Under the pieces are notes generated by a model that made no database searches, was not told the DNA's origin, and saw only the letters and a list, made by a program, of their open reading frames with translations. This document shows positions 26,726 through 36,075 of a stretch of 64,000 nucleotides of DNA, piece by piece (the stretch's first letter is position 1; each line of letters opens with the position of its first letter). Origin of the DNA: an uncultured Eubacteriales bacterium (lineage in GTDB: Bacteria; Acidobacteriota; Aminicenantia; Aminicenantales; Aminicenantaceae). The position numbers and the translations under genes are program-made. The stretch lies in the NCBI GenBank assembly GCA_964406575.1, contig CAYOSH010000018.1, positions 817 through 64,816 of the forward strand. The letters are read 5' to 3'.

Positions 26726-28876
26726 TCAAAAAGTGACCCAACTCAATTCCTTGAGAATGTCCAAATAGCCCATCAGCCTATTAAAGGAGAGATCTGTCCC
26801 TGTCTCAGCGAGCACTGCATTTCGGATTTCCGTAACAGAACGCTTGCCGTTGATGAAATTCTGGATGGATCTCTGTTGATAACGGTTCAGCTTCAGTTTT
26901 TTCATCGCCTCCGAATTTTCCTTCATATACTCTCTGTATTTGTCTGTCCTTTCCAGATTGAATTCAACACCTTTGACATCGCTGTGGTAATCGGGCACGA
27001 TTTTCGAGTACTGGATCTCTTCTTCGGTGAGCTCGGGTTTTTTGGGTGCATCCACATCCAGTTGTGAGGCTCTGTGTGCGCCGTATTTCAGGATCTGCCC
27101 TTCCAGACCTTCTCCATAATAGGCCCACTGTTTGATCCGGTCTTCGATCATCCCCACCGCTTCTTCAGAGCCGCTGCAGATTTTCAACAACGACTGGATA
27201 GCTCCGATCTCACGCTCAACGGCAAAATCAGCCAAGTTCAGCGCTTTCCCTACGTCCTTCTCTAATTTTTCGGCTTTGGAATTATCCACAAATTTTAAAG
27301 CCTGAGGAAGCTCTCTCTCGCCGACCCTCTTGTATCCATAATCGGACACCGCATCCAGCAGCGGCTCCAAGACTTCATCCGTACAGTTGGCCGCAGCCCA
27401 TGCACAGGTAGCACCGATAAAAGCCGCTCTCTTCATCTGAGTTGGATCAGATTTGTCGGGAGTGTCTGTGTCTGCATGGTACCATTGGTCCGGCCAGACA
27501 TTGAGTTCGACTCCGGGCACGGCCACCAATGGGTTGTTAAAACAAATATGGTCGCTCCCTCCCGTGGCTAAATGTATCAAATAACGGAAAGCATCACGGG
27601 AACCATTTTTCTCCCACATGGGTTTCGGGAAGATCTGCCCGCGCGGATTCATCGGGGAGTCGGGCAGATAGACGATGTCGTTTGTCCGCCAGATATAATT
27701 CATGATCGAGTTTCCCAATCCATCGATATAGCAGGGAAGGTGATTGGGACATTCGCTCCATTCAAAATAGCCGTTATTTTTAACCAGTCCTTCACCCACC
27801 ATATCCATGTTGATGTTGCAGCTCAATTTTTCGGCAAAACCCGGATTCTGTTCGAAATATTTGAACGTGCCTGAGATCTCATTCGGCCAGAGGAAATAGA
27901 TTGTCCTGCGGGGCTGCGGCAGCTCTCCCGATGCGATCAGCTTAGTCAGAGCGCGTAATATCTCCAGCTGCACGACACAACCGCTCATGTTGTCGTTAGC
28001 TCCCCTTTTTGTGTATCCCTCGAAAAGATGGCCCGTGAAAATCACACCTTTCATATCCGGTTCTGTTCCCGGAATCCAGGCAAAAACATCCTCGAACTTG
28101 TCCGGGAACTCCTCGATTCTTGTTTTGCATCTTACAGTGAATTTTTTTCCATTCTGCAGGTCTTCGAGGAGTTCAGACCACTGTCTCCAAGAGATGGTGA
28201 ACCCGAACTTGAGGTTTTCTTTGTCCGAGTAAAAACCTCTCGAATAAATGATCTGGTCAGGGTCAAAATATCGATCCTGGGCGCGGAAAGATATCACGCC
28301 AGCAATTCCTGCGGCGTCCAGTACTTCTGCAAATTCCCTCTGGGCATGAGTCCACATCAAGGCGATTTTCCCCTTATACTCATCCTGGATGCCCTTTGCC
28401 TTCCACTCCTTTAAGTCTTTCGGATGGAGGGGCGGGATATACACGAGTTCACCGGTAATATCCACTGACGATGATCCTGACGCGATAAGAGCGGCATCGG
28501 CATCGAGCCTGGCAATTAATTCTTTGTGCGGCTTCTCGATCCAGAACTCTCCCTCGAACGCATAGTTGATTTTTCTTTCACCCGGGAACCTGTCCAAACG
28601 GACTGTTTCTATGCCATAACTCTTTGCAATATCATGGATCTTCTGAGATTCGTAAAAAGTGTCGGAAAATTCTTCTTTCTCTCTGATCCATGGCGCTCCG
28701 CACAGGATGACTTCATTGTTGTAGATGACCTGTCCCGAGATTTCATTGACCAGCAAGTCAAGAGTTTTTGAGGACAATGGTGTTTTGGGAAACCTGGGCG
28801 TTTGACTAATACTCGAGTTCGGAATGATCAACAAAAAAAACATTAAGGCAGAGATGGCGATCAATCTGGATTTCAT
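26726..28876 (-). CDS. M28-like metallopeptidase (PA/DUF4910-type) with C-terminal winged-helix-like tail, secreted
   Basis: 716 aa with a signal peptide. RGANDNMSGCVVQLEILRAL and WYHADTDTPDKSDP are M28-type motifs. Confidence 0.85.
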   Translation of the reverse strand: MKSRLIAISALMFFLLIIPNSSISQTPRFPKTPLSSKTLDLLVNEISGQVIYNNEVILCGAPWIREKEEFSDTFYESQKIHDIAKSYGIETVRLDRFPGERKINYAFEGEFWIEKPHKELIARLDADAALIASGSSSVDITGELVYIPPLHPKDLKEWKAKGIQDEYKGKIALMWTHAQREFAEVLDAAGIAGVISFRAQDRYFDPDQIIYSRGFYSDKENLKFGFTISWRQWSELLEDLQNGKKFTVRCKTRIEEFPDKFEDVFAWIPGTEPDMKGVIFTGHLFEGYTKRGANDNMSGCVVQLEILRALTKLIASGELPQPRRTIYFLWPNEISGTFKYFEQNPGFAEKLSCNINMDMVGEGLVKNNGYFEWSECPNHLPCYIDGLGNSIMNYIWRTNDIVYLPDSPMNPRGQIFPKPMWEKNGSRDAFRYLIHLATGGSDHICFNNPLVAVPGVELNVWPDQWYHADTDTPDKSDPTQMKRAAFIGATCAWAAANCTDEVLEPLLDAVSDYGYKRVGERELPQALKFVDNSKAEKLEKDVGKALNLADFAVEREIGAIQSLLKICSGSEEAVGMIEDRIKQWAYYGEGLEGQILKYGAHRASQLDVDAPKKPELTEEEIQYSKIVPDYHSDVKGVEFNLERTDKYREYMKENSEAMKKLKLNRYQQRSIQNFINGKRSVTEIRNAVLAETGTDLSFNRLMGYLDILKELSWVTF

Positions 28877-29025
28877 GGGATTACTCCTTTTGATAGATCA
28901 AAAAGCGAATGGATTTCATGGCAATGCTTGTGATGGAAAATATAGTCTATACCACACTCCAGGATGCGGTCAAACGCAAAAATTATTGTAAGGAGTAAGA
29001 GTGTTTTGGCATTGCTCCTCTAACC

Positions 29026-29052
29026 TTGACAAATCCAACAAAAGACTATAGA
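29026..29052 (+). promoter_or_regulatory. candidate promoter TTGACA-N15-TATAGA
   Basis: TTGACA at 29026-29031 and TATAGA at 29047-29052, about 65 nt upstream of asnA. The spacer is short. Confidence 0.35.
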
Positions 29053-29116
29053 TTACTGTACCTCAATAAAAAACAATCTGATTAAAATCATATCCTATCT
29101 GAAGTGAGGTGAAACT

Positions 29117-30247
29117 ATGAACGACAAAAAAGCAGATCTAGCCGGACCAGGGATCGGCAATTATGAGGATCTTGAAAAAATCCTTCCCAATGACTATGAA
29201 TCCCTGCTCGATGTGAGGGAAACTCAGCATGCCATTTATGAGGTGAAAAATTATATCGAGACAAACCTGAACAAAGAGCTCAACCTGATGATGGTGCAGG
29301 TTCCTTTGATTGTCGATGTGAACAGCGGTGTCAATGACATGCTGGACCGAGATGGTTCACGCACGCCCATTCAGTTCCACATCTCCAACGATTACGACAA
29401 GAATCCGATCGACGCACAAGTTGTGCAGGCGGCCACCAAATGGAAAAGGGTCGCGCTCAAACAGTTCAACTGTAAGGTCGGCGAGGGCATCAACACCGAT
29501 ATGCGCGCCGTGCGCAAAGACTATTTTCTCGATCACGACCACAGCGCTTACGTCGATCAATGGGATTGGGAAAGAGTTATGAGAGAAGACCAACGCAGCC
29601 TAGAATTTCTCACAGATATCGTCAAAAAGATCTGGAAGGTTATCGTCGGTGCCGAAGCTCAGGTGCGGGGCCTGTTTCCCAAACTGAACACGGACAAGTA
29701 TCCCCCCATACCCGAAGAGCTGACTTTCCTGCATGCCGAAGAGATCCTCAACATGTTTCCCGACCTGCCGCGCAAGCAGAGGGAGACAAAAGTCATTCAG
29801 GAATACCCGGCTATCTTTATCTATGGTGTGGGTTATCCGCTCAAGGATGGTTATCCCCATGAAATGAGAGCCGCTGACTATGACGATTGGATCACAGAGA
29901 CGATCACAAAAGACGGTGAGCTTATGCACGGTTTGAACGGGGATATTTTGGTCTGGAACCCGGTCACCCGCCGCCGCCATGAATTGACCTCTATGGGCAT
30001 TCGAGTGACCAAAGATACTCTTGTGAAACAGCTGGAGATGAGCGGACAGATGGATTTTCTCGAGCTCCCATATCATAAAGCCATCATGAATGACGAGATC
30101 CCGTTGAGTATTGGAGGCGGCATCGGTCAGTCCCGCACACAGATGTATATACTCAGGAAAGCCCATTTGGGAGAGGTCAGTGTCACTGTGTGGCCTCAGA
30201 TCCTCAAGGACATATGTGCTGAAAGAAAGATCTTCGTCCTCGAATAG
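29117..30247 (+). CDS. asnA: aspartate--ammonia ligase
   Basis: YVDQWDWERVM, LNGDILVWNPV, TSMGIRV and IGGGIGQSR match the E. coli AsnA signature blocks. RBS GTGAGGTG. Confidence 0.95.
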   Translation: MNDKKADLAGPGIGNYEDLEKILPNDYESLLDVRETQHAIYEVKNYIETNLNKELNLMMVQVPLIVDVNSGVNDMLDRDGSRTPIQFHISNDYDKNPIDAQVVQAATKWKRVALKQFNCKVGEGINTDMRAVRKDYFLDHDHSAYVDQWDWERVMREDQRSLEFLTDIVKKIWKVIVGAEAQVRGLFPKLNTDKYPPIPEELTFLHAEEILNMFPDLPRKQRETKVIQEYPAIFIYGVGYPLKDGYPHEMRAADYDDWITETITKDGELMHGLNGDILVWNPVTRRRHELTSMGIRVTKDTLVKQLEMSGQMDFLELPYHKAIMNDEIPLSIGGGIGQSRTQMYILRKAHLGEVSVTVWPQILKDICAERKIFVLE

Positions 30248-30743
30248 AATATCTCCGCTTTCGCGCCGTCGAAGATCTCTTCCTTGGGTCTTTTTTTGTA
30301 ACGGGTTGATCCTTTCGTACACCTCTTGCTTTTAGAGTAAACCTGTCAATCTGTAGTGCATTGGGGGAAGATGATTTTATCCAAAACACAATTTGGAGAC
30401 TCAATAATTCAACGTGTGTTCATATGATCACAGATTTAGGGATGCGGTGGAGAATTCTGTCTTGCTCTTTGTGTCCTGCATATGTTTTACTAAGGATATA
30501 TTTAAAAAGAAAGCGTGCCTTGGATTGAAACACGGTCATTATTTGGAAAACGGGCTTATCAGCCAGTTCGAGGAGCTGACCCTATATTGTCCTGGCTAAA
30601 TTGTCCCAGACCGTTTGGGAAGCGGTACCTACACCATTGTGTGTTAGGAATTTGGGCTGATAAATCGATCAATAGATGTCTGATCCAAAAATCATAAACA
30701 TAGATGAGAAGCACACTTTCGGTTTGAAACAGGAGTCCTCCAA

Positions 30744-33470
30744 ATGAGAGAATTTCTTTTAAAAAAGTTCGCCCACTGGCATTCTTCCTATCCTGGACGG
30801 ATGCTTTTGATCGTTTGTCTCCTGACGGTCGTGTTTGGTTTTTTTGCCGGACATTTAAAGCTCACTATGCGCTGGTCCGACCTGCTGCCCTCAAAAGACC
30901 GACGAACCATACAATTCAATAAGATCATCGATGAGTTTGTCTCGGCAACAAGCCTTGTGGTTGTCGTTCAGGGAGAGGAAGGACGTATCAAAGATTTCGC
31001 CGACGCTCTGGCACCGCGCATATTGGAAGTCAAATATTCACAGCAAGATGAAAAAAGTTTGTTCCGGCGTGTGGATTACAAGACCGAGATCGATTTTCTG
31101 AAAGAACACGGCTTGATGTTGATCAAGGAGGAGGATTTAAAGAACCTCAAAGATGTCTTTATGGATCCCAACCTCACGGGCCTATTGGCCAACCTGAATA
31201 ATTCGATGGAAAAGGAATATGTCGGTCAGCAAGAATCCATATCCACGCGTGAGAAAGAAGATGGCGCGGTTGTGTTCTTGGACGGGATCGAGAGTTTAGT
31301 CGAAGGATTGAAAAGTGCGGCTCAAGGTGAGGATCTCTCTGAATCCGATGTGCACAGCATTGCGGATAAGCTCCTCTTCGGAGAGCCCTATTTTCTCTCC
31401 TATGATAAAAAAGCCCTTGTCCTTAATGCCGTACCAAACTTCACGATGATGGATACAGATTTTATAGTTCTGGGGACAGATGCGGTCCAGGAGATCCTCC
31501 ATGAGATGTCAGTGGACTATCCAGATGTCCGTGCGGGGCTCACCGGAATGATTGCCGTCGGCCGGGATGAGATGGTCTATGCTAAGCAGAGTCTGGGGTA
31601 TACCACCGTGATCGCCATTATTGCCATTTTGCTCCTGCTTATGGTGTCCTTCCGAATGTGGGTAGCTCCTGTGTTGGCCATTGCCAATCTTCTGGTGGGG
31701 CTCATTTGGGCGGTGGGGACTGCTGCGGTTGTTGTGGGTCAATTGAACATCATGACCCAGATGATGGCCGTGATTCTTCTGGGTTTGGGGATTGATTTTT
31801 CGATTCATCTGATCTCCGGTGTCACAGAACGCAGGGCTGCGGGCGATACCATTGCCGATGCCATGGAAAAGACATTTATCAATAGCGGAAAAGGCATATT
31901 AACTGGAGCTGTGACCACAGCGTGTGCTTTTTTGACGATGAGCATCAGCCAATCCCGTGGATTGAAGGAAATGGGATTGGTGACCGGTACGGGCCTCCTT
32001 GCCATTCTGTTGGCCACACTTCTGTTCCTGCCTTCTCTTTTAGTAATCAGAGAACGACGTCTGGATAGAAAACGGACAAAGAAAAAAGATACGGTAACAT
32101 TTGTTCAGCGCGATATCAGTTTTCGGTTCATGGGTCGCGTAGCTGTGTGGTTGAGCACTCATTATATGTTCACGATCCTGTTTGCTCTGAGCGTGACGCT
32201 CGTTCTGGCCTGGTATGGGTCGAAAATCACATTCGATCACAACTATATGAATATCGAAGCTAAAGGACTGACCTCTATCGAACTCCAGGATGTCGTGCTC
32301 GAGAAATTTGACCTGAGTATGGATTACGCCCTGATTCTGGCTGATAATATCGATGAGTCCCGTAAATTTGCTGAAGCGTGCAAAGATCTCGGATCAGTGG
32401 CCATCGCAGAGGATATCTCTCTTTACCTGCCTTCTGCTGAACAGCAGCAACAGAGAAGGCCTAACATTAAGGACATAGAGAACAAGATGCAATCCACCCC
32501 CATCAAGGACAATATCCTTCGTGATGACCTTCTAAGTTTTTATAAAGAGGTCGAGAGGCTCGAGATGAATATCATGGAAGTCCAGGATTTGGCTTATCTT
32601 GGGGGACAGGACAAGGTGGATAACAAGTGCAAGACGATTGTGGGTGATCCCGAGAGGCCCGATTCTAGAAACATCATTCAGGAGTTGTTGCGCGTATTAG
32701 AGGGTGATCAAACACAAATTCTGAAGGGATTGCCCGGTTTTCAAGACCGCTTTGCGCCTTATTTTAAGAAATCTGTGATCGGGATGGCATCTACAGAGCC
32801 GCTGAAACTCGAAGATCTGCCGGTTTCCATTCTTGACCGCTACAGCAACCCAAAGCGGGATCAGTTTTTAGTGACGGTCTTTCCCAAGGGAAATATCTGG
32901 CAGGATGCTGAATTTCTTCGCAGATTCGACGATGACCTGGAAAGTGTGAGCGACAAAGCCACAGGGATGCCCCCTGTGTTTCAGGCGCTGATCGAGATCA
33001 TCGGGCGCGATGGGCGAAACGCCATTGTCCTCACAGTTGTCATCATTTTTATTTTACTCTGGGTCGATTTTCGAAGCCCGGTTTATGCTTTGATTGCCAT
33101 GATCCCTTTGGCCTGTGGGGTGCTCTGGATGGTGGGATTGATGAAGCTGACAGGACAGCAGCTCACGGTGATGAATATCATGGGTCTTCCGATGATCGTA
33201 GGGATCGGGATTGATGACGGTGTCCACATCCTTCACCGATGGAAATACGAGGGGAATAGGAAGACAAACACTGTTTTTTCCAGCACTGGAAAAGCGATCT
33301 TGTTGACATCTCTCACCACAATGCTGGCCTTCGGGTCCCTGATCTTTTCCATCTGGCGCGGCTTCGGACATCTGGGCGCAGCCCTCTTCCTCGGTGTGGG
33401 CGCCTGTTTTCTCGCTACGGTCCTTATCCTTCCCGGTATCATCGGATTCCTCGAAAGGAGAAGCTCTTAA
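30744..33470 (+). CDS. MMPL/RND-superfamily exporter (COG1033-type)
   Basis: 908 aa. Two 6-TM bundles each follow a large soluble loop (..LLLLMVSFRMWVAPVLAIANLLVGLIW.. and ..ILLWVDFRSPVYALIAMIPLACGVLWMVG..). RBS AGGAG lies 8 nt upstream. Confidence 0.9.
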   Translation: MREFLLKKFAHWHSSYPGRMLLIVCLLTVVFGFFAGHLKLTMRWSDLLPSKDRRTIQFNKIIDEFVSATSLVVVVQGEEGRIKDFADALAPRILEVKYSQQDEKSLFRRVDYKTEIDFLKEHGLMLIKEEDLKNLKDVFMDPNLTGLLANLNNSMEKEYVGQQESISTREKEDGAVVFLDGIESLVEGLKSAAQGEDLSESDVHSIADKLLFGEPYFLSYDKKALVLNAVPNFTMMDTDFIVLGTDAVQEILHEMSVDYPDVRAGLTGMIAVGRDEMVYAKQSLGYTTVIAIIAILLLLMVSFRMWVAPVLAIANLLVGLIWAVGTAAVVVGQLNIMTQMMAVILLGLGIDFSIHLISGVTERRAAGDTIADAMEKTFINSGKGILTGAVTTACAFLTMSISQSRGLKEMGLVTGTGLLAILLATLLFLPSLLVIRERRLDRKRTKKKDTVTFVQRDISFRFMGRVAVWLSTHYMFTILFALSVTLVLAWYGSKITFDHNYMNIEAKGLTSIELQDVVLEKFDLSMDYALILADNIDESRKFAEACKDLGSVAIAEDISLYLPSAEQQQQRRPNIKDIENKMQSTPIKDNILRDDLLSFYKEVERLEMNIMEVQDLAYLGGQDKVDNKCKTIVGDPERPDSRNIIQELLRVLEGDQTQILKGLPGFQDRFAPYFKKSVIGMASTEPLKLEDLPVSILDRYSNPKRDQFLVTVFPKGNIWQDAEFLRRFDDDLESVSDKATGMPPVFQALIEIIGRDGRNAIVLTVVIIFILLWVDFRSPVYALIAMIPLACGVLWMVGLMKLTGQQLTVMNIMGLPMIVGIGIDDGVHILHRWKYEGNRKTNTVFSSTGKAILLTSLTTMLAFGSLIFSIWRGFGHLGAALFLGVGACFLATVLILPGIIGFLERRSS

Positions 33471-33577
33471 AAATGCGGGATGCGATTTTTGTTTTGATTA
33501 ATCTTCCCGTGCTTATCATTTCCGCATCGATCATTCTGTTCCATATTTCGCGTAAAAAATGGAAGGGGGATTGAGGA

Positions 33578-33799
33578 GTGAATGTCTACAATATGCTCAC
33601 CAATCCGGTGGCCTTTGTCATTTTCCTCCTGAGGCTGTTTCTTCCCGTTTTTATCGGTTTCCTCACCTTCCGGAGAACAAAAGATCAAGTCGATTTTTTC
33701 GTTGGCGGCCGGGCTATGGACAAATTTGTCGTCGCTTTCTCAGCCCAAGGAATAATGCATGAGGAGCCGCGTTGTTCATCTTTGTACAAGGATTCCTGA
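33578..33799 (+). pseudogene. N-terminal fragment of a sodium:solute symporter (gene remnant)
   Basis: FVIFLLRLFLPVFIGFLTFRRTKDQVDFFVGGRAMDKFVVAFSAQ reproduces the TM1/RxTK..DFFxGGR motif of SSF transporters; compare GRKTKDTGDFFLAGRKLG in the intact SSF at 43703. The reading frame ends after 73 codons. Confidence 0.45.
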
Positions 33800-33934
33800 T
33801 TGAAAAATAGAACTGTCCCCGCTAATTACCCCATTTAATTGCGTCGGGGTGGTGATAAAATAATCAATGGACAGTGGAATGATTAACATTAGTGGAATGA
33901 TTTACATTAAAGGATTACGAATGGAGGTCATCTC

Positions 33935-34696
33935 ATGAAACAATTATTGCACGCATTCATAATTTTCCCTCTTTTAGTTTTGGCGTCCTATGGTCAGGAA
34001 CTCACAGGGAAGGATATCATCCAGAAAGTCAACGACACCATAAACGTCGAAACGAGTCATGGCACAGCGAAGATGACTATCGTGACCACCTCCGGCAGTA
34101 AACGGACATTCGTTCAGGAATCGTGGAGCAAAGACAAGGGAGAAAAAAACCTTGTGCGCTACTTAGAACCGCAGAGAGTTAAAGATCAGGCTATTTTAAT
34201 GCTGAATAATGCGGATGATATCTGGATGTTTTTTCCACGCACGCAGCGGGTGAGGAAATTGGCGACCCATGCGAAGAAACAGAAAATGCAAGGGAGCGAT
34301 TTCTCCTACGAAGATATGGGAAGCGGTGATGCCTTCATCAAGGACTATGTGTCCAAAAGGCTCGAGGATGAGGAAAACGAGGGGTATGATTGCTTCAAGC
34401 TGGAGCTCACGCGCAAACGGGAGAGCGATATGTCCTATTCGCGCCTGATCATCTGGGTCATCAAGGCAAACTTTGTGCCCGTCACCATCGATTATTATGA
34501 TGAAAATGATCCTTCACGAAAGGTGAAACGATTGGTCCAGAGCGACATCCAGGTGGTTGACGGCATCCCCACCGCCATGAAAGCTGTGATGTTCAACCTG
34601 AAAGACAACACGCAGACAGAGCTGGAAATGCTAGAGGTCGAATTCAATATCCCTCTAGATGATAGCCTGTTTACAGAAAGGGCGCTAAAAAAATGA
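33935..34696 (+). CDS. LolA-like outer-membrane lipoprotein-sorting protein family (PF17131-type)
   Basis: Signal peptide. ..IWMFFPRTQRVRKLATHAKKQKMQGSDFSYEDMG.. is the hallmark block of this family. RBS GGAGG. Confidence 0.88.
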   Translation: MKQLLHAFIIFPLLVLASYGQELTGKDIIQKVNDTINVETSHGTAKMTIVTTSGSKRTFVQESWSKDKGEKNLVRYLEPQRVKDQAILMLNNADDIWMFFPRTQRVRKLATHAKKQKMQGSDFSYEDMGSGDAFIKDYVSKRLEDEENEGYDCFKLELTRKRESDMSYSRLIIWVIKANFVPVTIDYYDENDPSRKVKRLVQSDIQVVDGIPTAMKAVMFNLKDNTQTELEMLEVEFNIPLDDSLFTERALKK

Positions 34697-35904
34697 AAAA
34701 ACGAGCGATCATATTTACAAGATCGGTGTTTATTCTGGGGGTGTTGGGCTTGATGGCGCTTTCCTTAATGGCCCAGGAAAAAGTGGAACTTTTCGGATAC
34801 TATGAATCGCAGATCCTGGGCACACAGCTCAAAGGAGATTTTTACCAGTTGTTCACAAACAAGCTGCGGGTGGACCTGAAATCAGAGCTTTCCGAGAATA
34901 TAACCTTTGCCGCCAATTTTGACTATATCAATTATTTGGGGAAGACCGAATGGAATGTCCTGGATTTTCTTTCGGAAGAGCTTGTTTCGACTGTTCCCGA
35001 AGAGATGCGTCCTTTTTATGTCATTGCCTTTTCCAATGACACGTTTCTGGATAATGCGTACATAAAGCTCAGCTTTAAACCCTTTGACCTGACAGTGGGA
35101 AAGCAGCAGATCTCGTTGGGGACAGGATATGTCTGGAATCCGACCGATGTGTTCAACATCAAAGATGTCCTTGACCCGACCTATGAGCAACCTGGACATA
35201 CGGCTCTCCGGTTGGATATCCCGTTGGGTTCATTATATACGCTCACGACCCTCTATTCACCCGAAGAGACCTGGGAAAAATCGACTAAACTCATCCAACT
35301 CAAAGGGAATATTTCTCATTTCGACTATTACGTTATTGCTGTGGAGAGGATCTGGCCTTTTCATGATTATACAGAGTTCGATCCTGCAAACATGAATTTT
35401 CTGGATGTCTCAGAAAAGCGAAAAATGCTGGGCGGGAGTACGGTTGGCGAGCTTCTGGGCTTGGGTGTGTGGGCGGAGTACGCCTACAACTGGATGGCAA
35501 AGTCAGACGATTTTTATGAGCTCGTAGTCGGCGCCGATTATACATTCGATTTCCAGACGTATGTCACGATGGAGTACTATCGCAATACTTTGGGGAAATC
35601 CGATTATAAAGACTATGACATCAACGACTGGATGCGTTTTCTTTCCGCAGAACAGAAGGCCATCTGCCGCGATCAGGCTTATGTGTTTGTCCAGCATCCG
35701 GCCACAGATTTGTTAGACGTCGGTCTGCAAACCGTCTATTGTTTTTCAGATGGGAGCCTGGCCCTTGTTCCTACGCTCGGCTATTCACTCTCCGATAATG
35801 TGGTGATCTATGCCTATCTGAATTTTAACCTCGGAAAGGAGGGGACGGTCTACGGAAAAAACATGGGGAATGGGGGATTGCTCAGACTGAGAGCTTATTT
35901 TTAA
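34693..35904 (+). CDS. putative outer-membrane beta-barrel (porin-like) protein
   Basis: Signal peptide. Aromatic/Gly-rich alternating strands. The C-terminus ..LLRLRAYF ends in Phe. ATGA overlap with the LolA-like gene. Confidence 0.7.
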   Translation: MKKRAIIFTRSVFILGVLGLMALSLMAQEKVELFGYYESQILGTQLKGDFYQLFTNKLRVDLKSELSENITFAANFDYINYLGKTEWNVLDFLSEELVSTVPEEMRPFYVIAFSNDTFLDNAYIKLSFKPFDLTVGKQQISLGTGYVWNPTDVFNIKDVLDPTYEQPGHTALRLDIPLGSLYTLTTLYSPEETWEKSTKLIQLKGNISHFDYYVIAVERIWPFHDYTEFDPANMNFLDVSEKRKMLGGSTVGELLGLGVWAEYAYNWMAKSDDFYELVVGADYTFDFQTYVTMEYYRNTLGKSDYKDYDINDWMRFLSAEQKAICRDQAYVFVQHPATDLLDVGLQTVYCFSDGSLALVPTLGYSLSDNVVIYAYLNFNLGKEGTVYGKNMGNGGLLRLRAYF

Positions 35905-35953
35905 TGGGGATGGTAAAAGAGAAAGTGAGAACCTCTGATCTCCTGCCCGAGTG

Positions 35954-35977
35954 AAAAAGGGGAGAGTCCTCTTTTTT
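35954..35977 (+). terminator. A-tract/hairpin/T-tract terminator-like element
   Basis: AAAAAGGGGA-GAG-TCCTCTTTTTT, 50 nt after the barrel gene stop. The stem has 5 bp (one G.U) plus an A:U extension, followed by a T6 run. Confidence 0.45.
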
Positions 35978-36075
35978 GATTTTGACATCTTGTTTTCTAC
36001 TGTTATAAACTAATCCACTCTTGAATCCATTCATTTTCCTTTTAACAATAAAAAAGGTTTTTAGGGAGGGCTTCA

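Noticed and set aside
29600-30322. 240-aa ORF on the minus strand
   Set aside because: It is fully antisense to asnA, whose product matches AsnA signature blocks. The antisense product is low-complexity with no motifs.
30608-30621. GACCGTTTGGGAAG as another REP tail copy
   Set aside because: Only the 13-nt tail-like segment matches and no adjacent GTAGG hairpin is present. It is too short to call.
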